From a virus (lineage: Duplodnaviria; Caudoviricetes): 64,000 nt of DNA. The translations under genes were made by a program, and so were the position numbers. The notes under the pieces were generated by a model. It was not told the origin of the DNA, made no database searches, and worked only from the letters and a program-made list of their open reading frames with translations. The DNA lies in IMG/VR virus record IMGVR_UViG_3300038335_000014, positions 32,001-96,000 of that record. One strand, written 5' to 3'. Numbering within the stretch: the stretch's first letter is position 1; each line of letters starts with the position of its first letter. Of this stretch, positions 36,201-44,136 are shown one piece after another.

Positions 36201-37781
36201 ACCCCATTCAGGCTCGATTTGTGACAACGCCATAGTGATTGAATACATTCTTTTCAGAACTGTTTCAGTTTCACCAACGTTTTTCAACATATCTCTTACA
36301 GGGCCAATGAGTGTAAATGCTTTAGTGCTCTGGTAAACTTGTTCATAAGAAATCGGCAGGTTCTTAGTTACCTTAAATGCCTTTTCCATCAACTCATTTA
36401 CACCATCTTGTGTTTTCATCATACCGAAAAGAGCGATTTCATAACCTCTCATCTTTTCAGTAGCGAATAAAACACCAGCGGCTAACTTTTGAACAACTGC
36501 ACCAAGAGCGATGAAACCACCAATACCGGCGGCTCCAACGATTGCTAAATATTTAACAAGTTCTTTAAGTTTACCAAGTGCTGACTCAATCGCACCTTTC
36601 ATACCACCAGCACCTTTGATGATGCCATCGAAGAATGATTTAACAGGCGCGGATTTGATGTCAGAGAACATTCCATCGCCACCCCAACCGGTAGCTTGGC
36701 GTATGACGTTTCTGGCATTTTCAAGTTTTTCTGCTTCTAAACGTTTTTTCTCATCTTCTAGTCGCTTATTCTCAGCGTAACGCATCTTGTTAGCTTTTTG
36801 TTCATCTTTAATATCATCATAAAGCAACTGTGTTTTATATTTCTGTTTGGCTGCTGCTTGTTTGCGTAACATTGTGTCTGTTTTTTGTTCAGCTTTAATA
36901 TCAGCGTATTTATTTTCGGTTTTTAATTTACTAGCAGCCTTACTAGCAGCTATTTGCATCTGATTTGTTCTTTGTTCAGCTTTAATATCAGCGTATTTAT
37001 TTTCGGTTTTTAATTTACTAGCAGCCTTACTAGCAGATATTTGCATCTGGTTAGCTTTTTGTTCAGCTTTAATATCAGCGTATTTATTTTCGATTTTTAA
37101 TTTACTAGCAGCCTTACTAGCAGCTATTTGCATCTGATTTGTTCTTTGTTCAGCTTTAATATCAGCGTATTTATTTTGTACACGTAATTTACTAGCAGCC
37201 TTACTAGCAGCTAATTGCATCTGGTTAGCTTTTTGTTCAGCTTTAATATCACCGTAAATAGCTGCCCCTTTTTCTTTAGCAACTTTTTCTTTAAAATTTC
37301 GTTCAGCTAAATAATAAGCACGAAATGCTTTATCATCGTCCGTTAATTGGTATTTTTTGGCCTTTTTTGCAGTTCCAGAAGTTGATTTAGCTGCTAATTT
37401 GGTGTTCTTATCTGTAAGCTTTTCAATCTCTTTTTCTTGTTTTGTAAGAACTTTAATCATATCAGCAATGCTTTTTGCGCTGGTAGTACCAGCTACATCA
37501 ACCATAGCCTTAGAAGCCGCTCTTATTTCTGCTGTAAAAGCATCAACAATTCCCTTAAATTGTTTCTTAAAAAATCCTTGTATTGTTGTTCTATCTGTAC
37601 CACGTTTACCAAAAAAAGCTTGTTGAATGGTCTTATCCATCCCTTGTGAGGATTGTGCTATCTCAATTTGTACATTTTTAAAAGTTTTTGAGAGGGATTT
37701 GACTTTATTTTCAAAGTCTTTAAAGGTATTAAGATCAACGCTTAACTTAGCCTTGAGTGATACATCTTTGTTGTTACCCAT
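30300..37781 (-). CDS. tail tape measure protein
   Basis: 2493 aa, helical Ala/Gly-rich, hydrophobic segments, directly after the tail chaperone genes. Confidence 0.9.
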   Translation of the reverse strand: MGNNKDVSLKAKLSVDLNTFKDFENKVKSLSKTFKNVQIEIAQSSQGMDKTIQQAFFGKRGTDRTTIQGFFKKQFKGIVDAFTAEIRAASKAMVDVAGTTSAKSIADMIKVLTKQEKEIEKLTDKNTKLAAKSTSGTAKKAKKYQLTDDDKAFRAYYLAERNFKEKVAKEKGAAIYGDIKAEQKANQMQLAASKAASKLRVQNKYADIKAEQRTNQMQIAASKAASKLKIENKYADIKAEQKANQMQISASKAASKLKTENKYADIKAEQRTNQMQIAASKAASKLKTENKYADIKAEQKTDTMLRKQAAAKQKYKTQLLYDDIKDEQKANKMRYAENKRLEDEKKRLEAEKLENARNVIRQATGWGGDGMFSDIKSAPVKSFFDGIIKGAGGMKGAIESALGKLKELVKYLAIVGAAGIGGFIALGAVVQKLAAGVLFATEKMRGYEIALFGMMKTQDGVNELMEKAFKVTKNLPISYEQVYQSTKAFTLIGPVRDMLKNVGETETVLKRMYSITMALSQIEPEWGLAGAQFSLREALSGDLRSLQRRFEIPVNLIYSKDGRSLRELKNDPEAMSQALSDYFKEFYNEETLGMAANQFGAILGKIEGKWFEFQSAIGNAGFYDLFVGKLKEVRDELEAFAGSAEFKDVTNRISNSLGSSLESLLSIIEKLVVGFGRLFGINVEATNAFQSAVDVVEKFAAVLRIIDRIITEVDIFGYLNDTLKATKKIAVDVGNYLLRMFKSVKKDIDLLVSVIEKFTGVKDLFGDKTGKGLFYLWLFGPSNLFAMVSGFGTSLVAVIYTIKSAWQVTMAANTLATAKWGMGLTSIGATILSWGATIATVGFAVTETFGAIRFAFQSISDELESSPFYKIYMWMTGKTSNDELVRQFDLIGKKFAIGSENFDKYNPYGNVSFSSQLSKISGVEESKISQGLSKNTAGFLAAFMKREDGLSQIVKAIAALDDVANRMNPDTDAGKYTKGAVLIMSQNVKKLSGMDMGEIANKYRIEGNKLDSYDKGDKFYGIVNELKKGLDTLLNPQSSTTNAALDEMLKSKILSAEEALFKARSGPIFGHGEEGVKSIDSGAKILGAELINVFQSAGFGVGVTSGYRAGGVDTKHNVNGKSLAIDYQPNIGGKLLSAADVQTPQFEALVNALKANENIANLILEYKDTSIFGDKFKGMTREESTANFGPVMHIEFKEGITNTEESLMSMMASYNDMYGVITNSMGIINDEWNKPSKQLPKKDFLHQNFQRATEFIKNVYEPTMDAIKNGYKDGAELIATSYKEFDEVFKSEEGVAKFGPARINSLETKRKALMAQYNQIKGKAGSKDNIEYDLINQGIVKGAKDIFDYSYKSLMSGSLPQLKNIAGIIEERQKITKEYIDFIADAPNQYNLIGEQITKEVEMTNDAWGSVLEGKSYDYIDIVGSNIKEFQNDLMAKMAEEAAQQTVYAGLADGLSPKDQSLFYQAMGTVTSTMKSRNISFEEAIKLTNITDVSTKALMKTTVEHYKVIEQNNLAYKTQRMEIEKNLSAIKRINNIQKLSNEQNNYMATKEERTAYYSQYAALLEEGQGVSAGDSFSKGIQASQNEFLTSFQVMYEAGKELNSSLMQTFDQGFFGLMTGEIANIGDMFRNVAKSIQHSILKIISQMAAISATKMILGVDIQGALNGGQSSGGGLSGLLGGNGGLGGLIGGLFGSNKTVASGVDLSSVATSLGGGSSTITGNLLSKAASFLPGSNILDTVIKSGTAKTASSGGLLSKLGIGKITPLSGLGIAGALSFLSSPGRLFGGTKDKTAGAQASLDDYNARRAASINRRGSDAIGYYMGNTSGIQDYSFGSVDYRTWKSGDGWFKGPKEKHASTDASSYLNSMDSYYKMLMSAGQQHYGNMKTIQKTAETNSLKSLREQQSYDIKKLSMIKTEYDRYATSSYTAADKYEKMDDYRNQLLDQEFANWQAKEEILKLEKETIYKQMEYSAYINSFFGEDSITMAKTAIEIEKARHAEFTSGTMEWYESKMNLLGLEVDLSNQLKTITKDTISAISSAAAEIYQLAQSSTSTGTILADVTGKYKEIEKFKSGKYTEEDVLKYSQKYSQLGEMRGTGVFNTKTLQATMQIPTNLRASIRGDLISGNDAHKAYVDWFTKTYKDIKAAGGTILDKQWGANGTPMGTINYTMQVEETVQETINTYSKTLEEIIEDLNKDIELTIKSATVGNQISLTKTAINNLLGNVDSAITDRYNTLATVNTNLIADSAMTEFDRSMALLDNTLQLSEFYKELAGGVNGVIKSGYLSVADESIGVFGNAISDGFNMMATTLYDDLMLIGRKGNLTSSMLGTIKDMEDFSLYNQVMGSSEMSGLKDAMGGTSLDMSGYSDPYDAWFQFNKDVIQTRIGNSEEKSEEWFTAQNDLFNLMIENAEKMKAKAEEMNRSLEDMFGKIEETMRMRIAEEKQTAKGDVYFLDVGSTRNGQQMLDRMLEAVKSNDPKAMTLIEEYKKKMLGIGR
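36880..37250 (-). repeat. 87-nt (29-aa) tandem repeat, about 4.3 copies, in the tape measure
   Basis: TTCAGCTTTAATATC anchor at 36888, 36975, 37062, 37149, 37236. Confidence 0.92.
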
Positions 37782-37804
37782 TGATCCTACTCCTGAAAAG
37801 ATTG

Positions 37805-37838
37805 AAAAGAGCAGTACACTTGTATGTACTGCTCTTTT
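37805..37838 (-). terminator. hairpin in the tape-measure leader
   Basis: 14-bp stem AAAAGAGCAGTACA/TGTACTGCTCTTTT. Confidence 0.65.
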
Positions 37839-37855
37839 AAATAGACCACAATCTC

Positions 37856-37884
37856 ACATTAACACTTAATTACAACACTGTCAA
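37856..37884 (-). promoter_or_regulatory. sigma70-type promoter upstream of the tape measure
   Basis: Minus strand TTGACA-17 nt-TAATGT with TG. Confidence 0.55.
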
Positions 37885-38260
37885 TGCTTTTGGACACTTC
37901 TTTTACCTATAGTCTCCTGAGCACTCATCTTCAATCTGATTGAGTCGATAAGTTGTATTTTTTCAAATATTTCAACCCGTTCCTCAACATCGAAAATGCA
38001 GTAAATATCCAACATTGCAACTATTGATGTGAACATTATACCTATTGGCTGACCCATACCAGCAACAATCTGTTGACCAGAACACTTTTGATAAAGATCA
38101 AATACCCAAGAGTTTCTAACAGTAAGCATCGGTTTCCCGAAATTGCATTTACCAGAGGTTTCGCAGGGTGGATTTGTCTTGTATTTGAAAAGAAAATGCT
38201 CTTTACAATCTTTACAATCACCACGATTAGGTGTAAAAATCCACTCTGCGAATTCCTTTA
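37881..38260 (-). CDS. tail assembly chaperone, -1 frameshifted extension (gpT-like)
   Basis: -1 frame open from the slippery site: LKEFAEWIFTPNRGDCKDC...CNFGKPMLTVRNSW... joining track ORF 37881-38129. Confidence 0.8.
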
Positions 38261-38686
38261 GTTTTTTACTTCAGCTTGCACCTGTTCATCTTTGAAGTTG
38301 GCGGCGTTCTTCACGCTGTCGAAAATCCAACCATCAAGACCATACATCATTTCCATGAGGTCAGTGAGGTTGTCCTGTGAGAAAGGCAGTTCTTCGTCAG
38401 GATTAACCTTGGTAAGATCAACATTAATGTGGTTGGCAAGCCATTTGTAAGTAACATTTTTCCAACCTTTGACACACATCTGACAGATTTCTTTGCGAAC
38501 AGCTTCAGAGTCCATCTGTTCTTCCATTACGTGTGTTTTCGGGTTGGCTTTCATCTTGGTGTTACTTGCTGTAATCTTCTGAAGTTCCCGTTTCGGCAGA
38601 AACATAAGATCAAAAGAAACCTTGAAGGTATCGTCGTACGTGACCGGGGCAACATTGTTTTTAACAGCGATATCTGAAAGACGCAT
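38258..38686 (-). CDS. tail assembly chaperone (gpG-like)
   Basis: Between tail tube and tape measure; VKGWKNV...LPFSQDN motif; AGGAG RBS. Confidence 0.8.
   Translation of the reverse strand: MRLSDIAVKNNVAPVTYDDTFKVSFDLMFLPKRELQKITASNTKMKANPKTHVMEEQMDSEAVRKEICQMCVKGWKNVTYKWLANHINVDLTKVNPDEELPFSQDNLTDLMEMMYGLDGWIFDSVKNAANFKDEQVQAEVKN
38261..38267 (-). other. -1 programmed ribosomal frameshift heptamer A AAA AAC
   Basis: GTA AAA AAC TAA at the end of the chaperone gene; canonical X XXY YYZ. Confidence 0.85.
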
Positions 38687-38707
38687 TGTATAAATCTCCT
38701 AAAATGT

Positions 38708-38767
38708 AAATAGTTGAATTCCAAGCACCTTTATGATGCCTGAAATTCAACTATTTGTCAACTATTT
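38708..38767. repeat. inverted repeat between tail tube and chaperone genes
   Basis: AAATAGTTGAATT/AATTCAACTATTT plus a tandem copy of CAACTATTT. Confidence 0.65.
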
Positions 38768-38778
38768 ACTGAAAAAAC

Positions 38779-39762
38779 TTATTCGCCAGACTGCAACTCA
38801 ATAGAGGCCAGTGAGTTCACAATTGTAACGATAACGTCAGTGTCTTCACCGGGGTCTACACGAGCTTGGAACGTGAAGTCCAGATTAACACCAGCGGTAG
38901 AAGCGATTTCCGGTGATGAACCAGCAAATTTTACCTTCGGGAATTCGAAAGTGATTGAATCTGTTCCGTTATTGAAAACGTACTTCAAACCACACTCTGT
39001 TCCGGCTGCATACAGCTCATAAAGTGTTGTATCTTCGAAGAACATTGCAAAACCACCAGAACATTCTCTGGTTCCGTATTCACAAGACGCTCGTTCGGCA
39101 GAACCCAGAACATAACCATCGGTTTCAACGTTGTTTGCTATGTTCAAAGAACCGGAAACAACACGACCAAGTGCGACATAACCAGAACCGGTATCAATCT
39201 CGATTGACGCCTGATAACCATTGAAACCGTTCTTTGTCGGGAATACACCAGCGGCAACTGAGATTTGTTCGGTTGCGAAGATTGCTTCACCTTTACCTAC
39301 GAAATCCCATGTTACACCGTGAAAACCTTCCTGAACGATGTCGATGGCCATGCTGTTAAGGTGCGTGCCTGTGTACAGAAAGTGTTTAGAAATGTTGGTA
39401 AAACTTTTCTGGAAAGACAGACCTTCAAGAGTTTCAGGAGAACCCTTGATAACATGTGTGTATGGGCCAGAACCGGTTGTTGCGACAGTTCCCTTGCCGA
39501 GAAGGTGACGAAGCAGAATTTCAAGACCTTCAGGAAGCAAGTCAGTAACCATGTTCCCCTGAACCGCTTTGTTACCGTCCGTCAAACCAACGATAGCACG
39601 ATGCTGGTTGATTGTTTCTGATTGGAAAGTACCTTTGGTACCACCCAAGTTAAAAGAACGGATGTAAAAACCCAGAACCGATGTAGGAGATGCGTTAAGA
39701 TTCCCCCACAGTGCTTCTTGGGTAGCAACGACAGCACTCTTTGAACCTACTGCTCTTGGCAT
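38779..39762 (-). CDS. major tail tube protein
   Basis: 327 aa, beta-rich, PYTHV, SFQK, G...FED...Y motifs; position before chaperone and TMP. Confidence 0.8.
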   Translation of the reverse strand: MPRAVGSKSAVVATQEALWGNLNASPTSVLGFYIRSFNLGGTKGTFQSETINQHRAIVGLTDGNKAVQGNMVTDLLPEGLEILLRHLLGKGTVATTGSGPYTHVIKGSPETLEGLSFQKSFTNISKHFLYTGTHLNSMAIDIVQEGFHGVTWDFVGKGEAIFATEQISVAAGVFPTKNGFNGYQASIEIDTGSGYVALGRVVSGSLNIANNVETDGYVLGSAERASCEYGTRECSGGFAMFFEDTTLYELYAAGTECGLKYVFNNGTDSITFEFPKVKFAGSSPEIASTAGVNLDFTFQARVDPGEDTDVIVTIVNSLASIELQSGE

Positions 39763-39776
39763 ATTATTGCTCCTTG

Positions 39777-40253
39777 TTAAAATTCAGTTTTCATGAACGT
39801 GTACGTGATATCAAACGTTATTACAAAGCCACCGTGAGGATATACCATTTCTGCAACTGTCTGTATCCTTATCGGAACAAGGAAGTCACAAGTGTTCTGT
39901 AATGTAACATCTTTCATCATAGCAACAATAATATCCTGTTGCAAGTTATTCATAAGAGTATCAAGATTAGGTTCCTCTTTAGAAGCTTTTACAAACCCAA
40001 CTATCTGTATAAGAAGTTGGTTTTCACAATTCCCACCGGGAAGAAGATTAAAATCCTCTCCTTCGTTGTTAATGATGATCCAGTTATTCGGTTTGTCGAT
40101 AACATCTTGCTCTTCAATGTTGATATATTGACGATCTACATAACCTACGTCTGTGTTGTATTTGTTTGTTCCTGTTGAAATGTTGGTTTTTTTAATACCA
40201 CGCATTGTTCTTTCAATGGCCTGTAAAATCAGTTCTTTCTTTGCGATACTCAT
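39777..40253 (-). CDS. putative tail terminator
   Basis: Synteny (immediately upstream of the tube), size 158 aa. Confidence 0.6.
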   Translation of the reverse strand: MSIAKKELILQAIERTMRGIKKTNISTGTNKYNTDVGYVDRQYINIEEQDVIDKPNNWIIINNEGEDFNLLPGGNCENQLLIQIVGFVKASKEEPNLDTLMNNLQQDIIVAMMKDVTLQNTCDFLVPIRIQTVAEMVYPHGGFVITFDITYTFMKTEF

Positions 40254-40879
40254 ATCTTGGTGAATCCTTTACTTAGGAATTTATCCTGTATTTGTGTCAT
40301 CCATGCTTCTATTTCTTGTCTGGCCGCTTCTGTGTAATCTTCTCCGCTATACGCTGGAACGTGTAATACTTTTCCTTTAATCAGACCACCAGAAAATCCA
40401 GATTTACCAGCATAATGTGGTTTATTTTTCCACATCATTGGCATTCTGTTATTTCTTGGTTTATTTGGTATCTCATATTCACCACGACCATACATTAATA
40501 TATTCATAACACCAGCATAGGTAATAGACCAAGTTCTTTTAGTTCGAATGCTTGATTTTGTTATAGTTTTGGTTGCTCCACGACCTGTAATATATGGATG
40601 ACCAAGATTATAATACTGGTGATCTTGTCCTTTGGATGAAAGACGAACTTTAAAGCCCCCAAGCACTTTATCTTTGACGAATGGTGTCATATCAAGGTCT
40701 TGTGGTATGGCGGCAATTGTTATGGCCTTTTTTATTTTTTTATTAAGGTTTTTAGAATTAACGCCTTTTAAAACATTGAGAGCTTCTTTTTCCTTCTTTT
40801 TCAAATAAGAAATTAGATGGTTTACAAAGGTAAGACCATCTATTTTAAAATCAAAAAAGCCATATTTTGACTTAGCCAA
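40250..40879 (-). CDS. putative neck/tail completion protein
   Basis: Basic 209-aa ORF in the head-tail connector position. Confidence 0.5.
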   Translation of the reverse strand: MAKSKYGFFDFKIDGLTFVNHLISYLKKKEKEALNVLKGVNSKNLNKKIKKAITIAAIPQDLDMTPFVKDKVLGGFKVRLSSKGQDHQYYNLGHPYITGRGATKTITKSSIRTKRTWSITYAGVMNILMYGRGEYEIPNKPRNNRMPMMWKNKPHYAGKSGFSGGLIKGKVLHVPAYSGEDYTEAARQEIEAWMTQIQDKFLSKGFTKI

Positions 40880-41552
40880 GTGAGTTAACCTTTCGTTTGA
40901 TCTCAGATTTAATCAAATCCAACTCAGCCTTTCGAGCTTCAACGTCTGTTTTAACATCTGATGTTTTCTCTTTCGTATTTCCCCGTCTATCAAAGTCGAA
41001 CACACTACCGTTACTTTCTTTTCGCTTTTTCTGATAAACGACATCATTACTATAATACAAAACAAGAGAAAATAGCTCTTCTTCAAGAATTTGTGGTATT
41101 TCCTCAATTGTTCTATATCTGGCATATTCATAGTATACAGTCCTTACGTCTTGTGGTGTGGGTATTAAATCGAACTGATTTGTGTTTACAATACGAGCAT
41201 CAACCGGCTTTAACCGGCGTCTTGTTTCATGTTCAAAAACATCTGTAAAACGTTGGGACAATGATGATCCATATGGTAATCCTTCGACAGGAATATCTGG
41301 TTCATTGAATACGTTGTTTGTTGGTGGTGAATTGTAAAATACAGATGTTATTTTAATAAGAACATCATCAGCAAGATTCAATGTATATCTTGTTTTATTG
41401 ATTTCTGTTTCGATTGATCCGGTTTCCATGAAAGGGAATATCTCCGATATACAATTAACTGCTCTACGAAGCATGTCTTTGAGCAATGGTGTATTTTCTT
41501 CTGTCATCCCATATCTATCGCAGAGAAGTTCTGTAACTAAGTTATTATCCAT
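40872..41552 (-). CDS. putative head-tail adaptor
   Basis: GGAGG RBS, synteny, Y.L...LIPTP motif. Confidence 0.55.
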   Translation of the reverse strand: MDNNLVTELLCDRYGMTEENTPLLKDMLRRAVNCISEIFPFMETGSIETEINKTRYTLNLADDVLIKITSVFYNSPPTNNVFNEPDIPVEGLPYGSSLSQRFTDVFEHETRRRLKPVDARIVNTNQFDLIPTPQDVRTVYYEYARYRTIEEIPQILEEELFSLVLYYSNDVVYQKKRKESNGSVFDFDRRGNTKEKTSDVKTDVEARKAELDLIKSEIKRKVNSLG

Positions 41553-41570
41553 TGCATACCTCCGTAGATT

Positions 41571-41600
41571 ATAGGGTGTGGCAATTTTGCCACACCCTAT
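41571..41600. other. strong hairpin between the MTase and adaptor genes
   Basis: ATAGGGTGTGGCAA/TTGCCACACCCTAT; no U-tract on the coding strand. Confidence 0.65.
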
Positions 41601-41607
41601 TTAATTG

Positions 41608-42507
41608 TTATTCGAAGCACACAATACCCCAATTGTAATTGCTGATGAATTCATAACGACCATCATCAACGCTTCGCAACTGGTTTACGATCTCTGTTAC
41701 TTCTTTGAAGCCAGCTTTTGTAGCGGCTTTAACGATGGTTTCTTTGCTGTGTCTGGTGTCGAAGTCTGATAACTTCTGGTCTTTGCCAAAGTTCATGATG
41801 ATGAACACTTTACCTTTGGCCGCGAGAACGCGCTTCATTTCGAAGAATGTGATATCGAGGTCTTCAGCATCAACGCTGTTCATCAGGTAAGAAGCATGAA
41901 TCAGGTCTTGAGAACCGGTTTCAACAGCTTTCATCAACTGAACAGGAGCCAGCACGTAGGTCAAACCATCAAACTGTTTGGCCGCGATGACCTGTTTGGA
42001 GATGTCTACACAGGTTACTTTCTTGGCACCAAGCTGTTTAAAGCCATTACCGAGTGCGCCATAAGCTGAACCAACGTCCAGAACTTCTTTACCACGAACA
42101 CCAAACACGCGGTCGAGAAGACCGCAATAACCTTTTTGCCAGTCACCAAATGCTTTGTAATCACAGCCTTTTTTAACCATTTCGTCAAAGTATTTCTGTC
42201 CAAAGTGGATAGAACACTCTTCCATGCGTTCCTTGAAGGATTTCTTGGGAACTTCGGTCGAGACAACAGGAACAGCCGTTTCCGGTTTGTTAATCGGTTC
42301 TTCATGTTTCATCTCAGGTGTGACTTCTGAATCTGGAATAATTGCTTCAGGTTCAACAACAATGTTTTCCATGTTGACACCATCAACTCCAGTGTCTTCA
42401 ACACCATTATTACCAACAACATCTGTCGGTGCAGTGGTTCGTACATCAGAAGATGTTGAAACAGAAGGTTTCACATCACGATTAAAATTCTTTCGAGGTC
42501 TAGCCAT
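41608..42507 (-). CDS. class I SAM-dependent methyltransferase with disordered N-terminus
   Basis: VLDVGSAYG, CVDIS, DLIHA..L, EMKRVL...G motifs; no DNA-MTase DPPY or PCQ. Confidence 0.8.
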   Translation of the reverse strand: MARPRKNFNRDVKPSVSTSSDVRTTAPTDVVGNNGVEDTGVDGVNMENIVVEPEAIIPDSEVTPEMKHEEPINKPETAVPVVSTEVPKKSFKERMEECSIHFGQKYFDEMVKKGCDYKAFGDWQKGYCGLLDRVFGVRGKEVLDVGSAYGALGNGFKQLGAKKVTCVDISKQVIAAKQFDGLTYVLAPVQLMKAVETGSQDLIHASYLMNSVDAEDLDITFFEMKRVLAAKGKVFIIMNFGKDQKLSDFDTRHSKETIVKAATKAGFKEVTEIVNQLRSVDDGRYEFISNYNWGIVCFE

Positions 42508-42511
42508 TTGT

Positions 42512-43555
42512 TTATTCTCCTAAAATTTGTTTTACTTTTTCAAGTAATTCGCCACTTATCATATCATGGTTCACCTTGTTCATGCAATTTATAGAACCTT
42601 TACACCGAACTCTCGTTTCGAAACAAGGTTCACACCCAACATATTTAGTTAGATCAATACACTTTGCTTTCTCTGGGTACTGTGGATGAAGGGATATTCT
42701 TTCGGCTTCTCTTGTAGAACCAAGGAATGTCAGAGTGGGGCAGTTAGCAACATGTGCCATCCACAAAACGCCAGAATCCATTGTTAAACACAGACTACAA
42801 CGTCTTAACAACTCAATAACCTGTGGTGGTTGTAGTTTACCACAGAGATTCAAGATATTTTTACCTTCAAATCCTTGATCTTTGTCTTGGTCTATCAAGG
42901 CAACATAATGATCTTTGGCTAATTCATTTATCATGTCTTTAACCATTTGACGAGGCAATGTTTTCATACACCCAGAACCACGCATTTGTATACCGATTAT
43001 TTTTTTATCGTTTGGAATAGCTGGCATTACAACTTCACCCCTTAACTGTAAAGACCAATCAAGTTCTTCTTTTGTAAATTCTGTGATACCGAAATAGTTT
43101 AAAAGTATTTCCATTCTGTGTTTAGCATTTTCTTTGTTATGAATACTGTGATCTCTTTCTAAAATACCATCTATAGTGAATGTAAACCCAAATTCAGAAG
43201 AACCGTGTATTAGATAGTCACTTTCCAAGAATTTAATGTCATGGAAACAATAATTCAAATGTGTTACAAATCTTTCATTTGTAACGATCCAAATTTCCCC
43301 GATGTTATAACGCTGTTTAATCAGTCGTGCAGCAGCAATGAGCTGTATCAAATCACCAAGAGCATATTCCCTATGGATAGTTATCCTCTTCGTATCTTGC
43401 AGCAAAGACAGTTTAAATTCATCAAAGTCTTGCTTCTGATAATCCTTAAACCCACTCAAATCGACAATCATTTTCGGATTTATCGCAGTCGGGTACACTG
43501 TCCCGTTACTGTAGATCAGTTGTGTGCAATTGGTTTTGTTGTAGTGCAAACGCAT
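42512..43555 (-). CDS. GT9-like glycosyltransferase
   Basis: ALGDLIQL, IGIQ, LNLCGK, TMDSGVLWMAHVANCPTLTFLGST, CEPC...C....CM. Confidence 0.85.
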   Translation of the reverse strand: MRLHYNKTNCTQLIYSNGTVYPTAINPKMIVDLSGFKDYQKQDFDEFKLSLLQDTKRITIHREYALGDLIQLIAAARLIKQRYNIGEIWIVTNERFVTHLNYCFHDIKFLESDYLIHGSSEFGFTFTIDGILERDHSIHNKENAKHRMEILLNYFGITEFTKEELDWSLQLRGEVVMPAIPNDKKIIGIQMRGSGCMKTLPRQMVKDMINELAKDHYVALIDQDKDQGFEGKNILNLCGKLQPPQVIELLRRCSLCLTMDSGVLWMAHVANCPTLTFLGSTREAERISLHPQYPEKAKCIDLTKYVGCEPCFETRVRCKGSINCMNKVNHDMISGELLEKVKQILGE

Positions 43556-44126
43556 TTTTTAATACCTCATCAACAACTTTCTTATGATGCTCATTCATAT
43601 TAACACTAAAGTCATAGTCAGTTAAATGTATATTTAAAAATTCTTCAAATATATTAACTCTGTGCATTAAATGTTGATGATTGGTTAAACTATGATCTTT
43701 TTCAGCTACACCGTCCAAGTAAATCACTTTATCAAAAACAGCATAAATTGTCCCTGTAGGAAGAACGTTATCAAACACCCCAAACTCTTTCATGTCATTT
43801 ACATATTGTTTATTAGTTATAAGAGTATATTTGTTAGTGCTGATCTTTTTAAGATGTTTAATAATCGGGATTAACTGTATCAAATCACCAAACGCACCAA
43901 ATCTTTTAATACCTATATTCAAACCAGCGGCATTAAAGATTGCTGGACTAAATATGATATCATCTTCGGCTATGAAATTTGGGTCTTTTAATAAAATAAT
44001 GGCTATGTTTACAGGAACAGCAAACCAAACATCTCTCTGGAATTCGTGCGTGAAATCATGCAGAGGAATGTTTTTCCTAATTTTCTCATAACCATCGGTA
44101 TATTTTACTTTGATAAGTTTTTTCAT
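43506..44126 (-). CDS. GT9-like glycosyltransferase N-terminal (acceptor) domain only
   Basis: RFGAFGDLIQL, DGVAEKDHSL...HR match the N-half of the neighbour (ALGDLIQL, DGILERDHSI...HR). Confidence 0.7.
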   Translation of the reverse strand: MKKLIKVKYTDGYEKIRKNIPLHDFTHEFQRDVWFAVPVNIAIILLKDPNFIAEDDIIFSPAIFNAAGLNIGIKRFGAFGDLIQLIPIIKHLKKISTNKYTLITNKQYVNDMKEFGVFDNVLPTGTIYAVFDKVIYLDGVAEKDHSLTNHQHLMHRVNIFEEFLNIHLTDYDFSVNMNEHHKKVVDEVLKNAFALQQNQLHTTDLQ

Positions 44127-44136
44127 AAGGAATAAG

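Noticed and set aside
36880-37250. Regular repeats as a CRISPR array
   Set aside because: Contiguous 87-nt coding repeats without unique spacers; no cas genes.
38733-38761. Promoter upstream of the tail chaperone
   Set aside because: TTGACA is present but the correctly spaced -10 (CATCAT) is poor; kept only as a palindrome.
41608-42507. SAM methyltransferase as a fourth DNA methyltransferase
   Set aside because: Lacks DPPY/NPPY or PCQ catalytic motifs; looks like a small-molecule or glycan methyltransferase.
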